A stretch of 64,000 bases of DNA, from the NCBI GenBank assembly GCA_002418835.1, contig DIEX01000026.1, forward strand, positions 72,547 to 136,546, in the 5' to 3' direction. Within the stretch, counting starts at the first letter, position 1. Every line of letters starts with the position of its first letter. This document shows positions 63,801 to 64,000 of this stretch, piece by piece. The notes below the pieces were generated by a model that worked only from the letters and a program-made list of their open reading frames with translations, was not told the origin of the DNA and ran no database searches. Source of the stretch: Spirochaetia bacterium UBA5763. GTDB taxonomy: Bacteria > Spirochaetota > UBA4802 > UBA5550. A program made the translations under genes and the position numbers.

Positions 63801-64000
63801 GAGGGAGATGAACTTCGTGCACATTTGAATCGAGGGATGTATTTGTTTCAGAGTAGAGAATACTCCATATTTCGGTATCATTGCTCCCCTCTAGTCTGAA
63901 TCCGCTGGGGAACGCAGAAGCACCGTTCCCTGATGCTGTAATTTTTATATAATCAATTGCTGATTCCTTTTCAAAATCAATTACAACGAATTCCTTTATT
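60805..64000 (-). CDS. Large fibre/adhesin-like protein with discoidin (F5/8 type C)-like N-terminal modules, sixteen 32-aa tail-fibre-like repeats and a C-terminal beta domain. The 5' end lies beyond the window.
   Basis: The ORF track starts at a GTG (63822). My own translation shows that the same frame stays open upstream to base 64000 (..IKEFVVIDFEKESAIDYIKITASGNGASAFPSGFRLEGSNDTEIWSILYSETN..). Confidence 0.85.
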   Translation of the reverse strand, partial: IKEFVVIDFEKESAIDYIKITASGNGASAFPSGFRLEGSNDTEIWSILYSETNTSLDSNVHEVHLPLTVVRYLKILITDPAVLGSNYYSEIGRVEAGIFGVEEIKSSSYTSGNGPENLLIEGGSYWETEQAAAGKMENVCIDLGKVCCLNRIMLTSSIDGFPDTFHIETSVDNEIWITLIHENGFEAEPNKRYGWLTDVRPARFVRFEAPAKKFLTGKYGVRVAELGVSAAPVNHLHTHNVGDIAPHASVFHAGMVRLARDGESEPGRVVQSTDARLRDASTVFKGIVQLANDSESRPGIAVQANDSRIQPASEMKPGIVKLAYDRETTPNAAVQASDSRLQHATEDNFGIVRLCSDGEYREHSVVSGNDSRLQKATTTSPGITILAEDGGANQGTVVQGNDRRIKDATTYSKGIVQLAGDGAVVEGSVVISTDRRLKDATTVSKGIVELAEDGEDSSGVAVQGNDRRLKDATTSVKGIVELAEDGEERDGVAVQGSDSRLKDSTTSAKGIVELAEDGETAPGVVVQGSDRRLKDATTSAKGIVELAEDGEDKDGVAVQGNDKRLKPATTISTGIVKFAPDGGTEACTSVQGNDKRLRDATTSAKGIVELAEDGEERDGVAVQGSDRRLKEASETAYGIMKFASDGGKDALTAVQGNDRRLRDATTSAKGIVELADNGEDKDGVAVQGNDKRLKPATTVSRGIVELAENGEDAPEVVVQGNDRRLKAATESASGIVKLAGNGESTTGAVVQADDVRLSDNRDPLPHTHDYAPVKHDHNSHTGTVAIRAEKNEPFSDVTPPSDGSAVVYANNTSEKTFAIGITGIAGANAKEKINAYGVMGHSRHVGVRGQATGDSGTGAGVAGASRFGAGGVFSSEHDFSLIADGYGPTMNRFDSTMNLQGEGKAILAMGSSDFHGRVNLNGDGKNQEFPGGIVELFEVDEAEFVTPGDLLVVSENGNSVLSRSKKRYNRSVIGIVSGNPYLAINNSGKEERLYPVSLSGKALCRIDARNNPVKPGDLIVASDTPGCGMKGKIDSFEKVGTVIGKALDSLSDGIGLVPVFIVHM
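61723..63258 (-). repeat. Sixteen tandem 96-bp (32-aa) coding repeats
   Basis: The consensus is ATTSAKGIVELAEDGEDKDGVAVQGNDRRLKD. The first unit is ASVFHAGMVRLARDGESEPGRVVQSTDARLRD and the last is ATESASGIVKLAGNGESTTGAVVQADDVRLSD. 16 x 96 = 1536 bp, with no indels. Confidence 0.9.

Noticed and set aside
60805-64000. Prophage call based on the tail-fibre-like gene
   Set aside because: No capsid, terminase, tail, baseplate, integrase or lysis genes are visible. The downstream neighbours are a convergent secreted-protein gene and purM. The upstream side lies outside the window, so a prophage cannot be asserted.

Overview
The window looks like a chromosomal segment of an anaerobic, diderm (outer-membrane-bearing) bacterium. 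I cannot assign a lineage. All domain calls come from motif recognition by eye, with no searches run.

**Core content**
- Housekeeping and metabolic genes on both strands: hypF (5' part only, cut by the window edge and missing from the ORF track), guaB, ruvA, purD and purM.
- A SAM-I riboswitch followed by metX-metW.
- rtcB plus archease, a DinG-like helicase, a TtcA-like PP-loop enzyme and a phosphohexomutase.
- A tungsten-type aldehyde:ferredoxin oxidoreductase (AOR).
- A 1436-aa fused double-activase/dehydratase-like protein.
- Many predicted envelope proteins and lipoproteins: FecR-like, M14 carboxypeptidase, TPR, DUF1566, DUF3015-like, DUF4105 and SH3b.

**Accessory or unusual content**
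1. A tightly coupled three-gene envelope operon: a YdbH/AsmA-like protein, a YdbL-like lipoprotein, and a 2.5-kaa TolB/TPR lipoprotein with CHAT-like modules that lack the usual cysteine context.
2. An AT-rich islet at about 29.9-32.7 kb. It holds a start-less papain-like toxin fragment with a secreted candidate immunity protein, a GC-rich structured element, vapBC, and twelve perfectly phased 21-bp repeats.
3. A partial, more than 1060-aa discoidin/tail-fibre-like protein with sixteen 32-aa tandem repeats.
4. A small beta-class DNA methyltransferase with a 167-aa PD-(D/E)XK-like nuclease, plus an unlisted 59-aa ORF.
5. A loose Mo/W-related neighbourhood: AOR, a MoSto-like amino-acid-kinase protein and a TunR-like regulator.
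6. A family of short interspersed elements with conserved termini CTGTCATTT...TGAGAAATC, and several GC-rich hairpin islands in AT-rich spacers.

I saw no rRNA, tRNA, CRISPR array, transposase or integrase.
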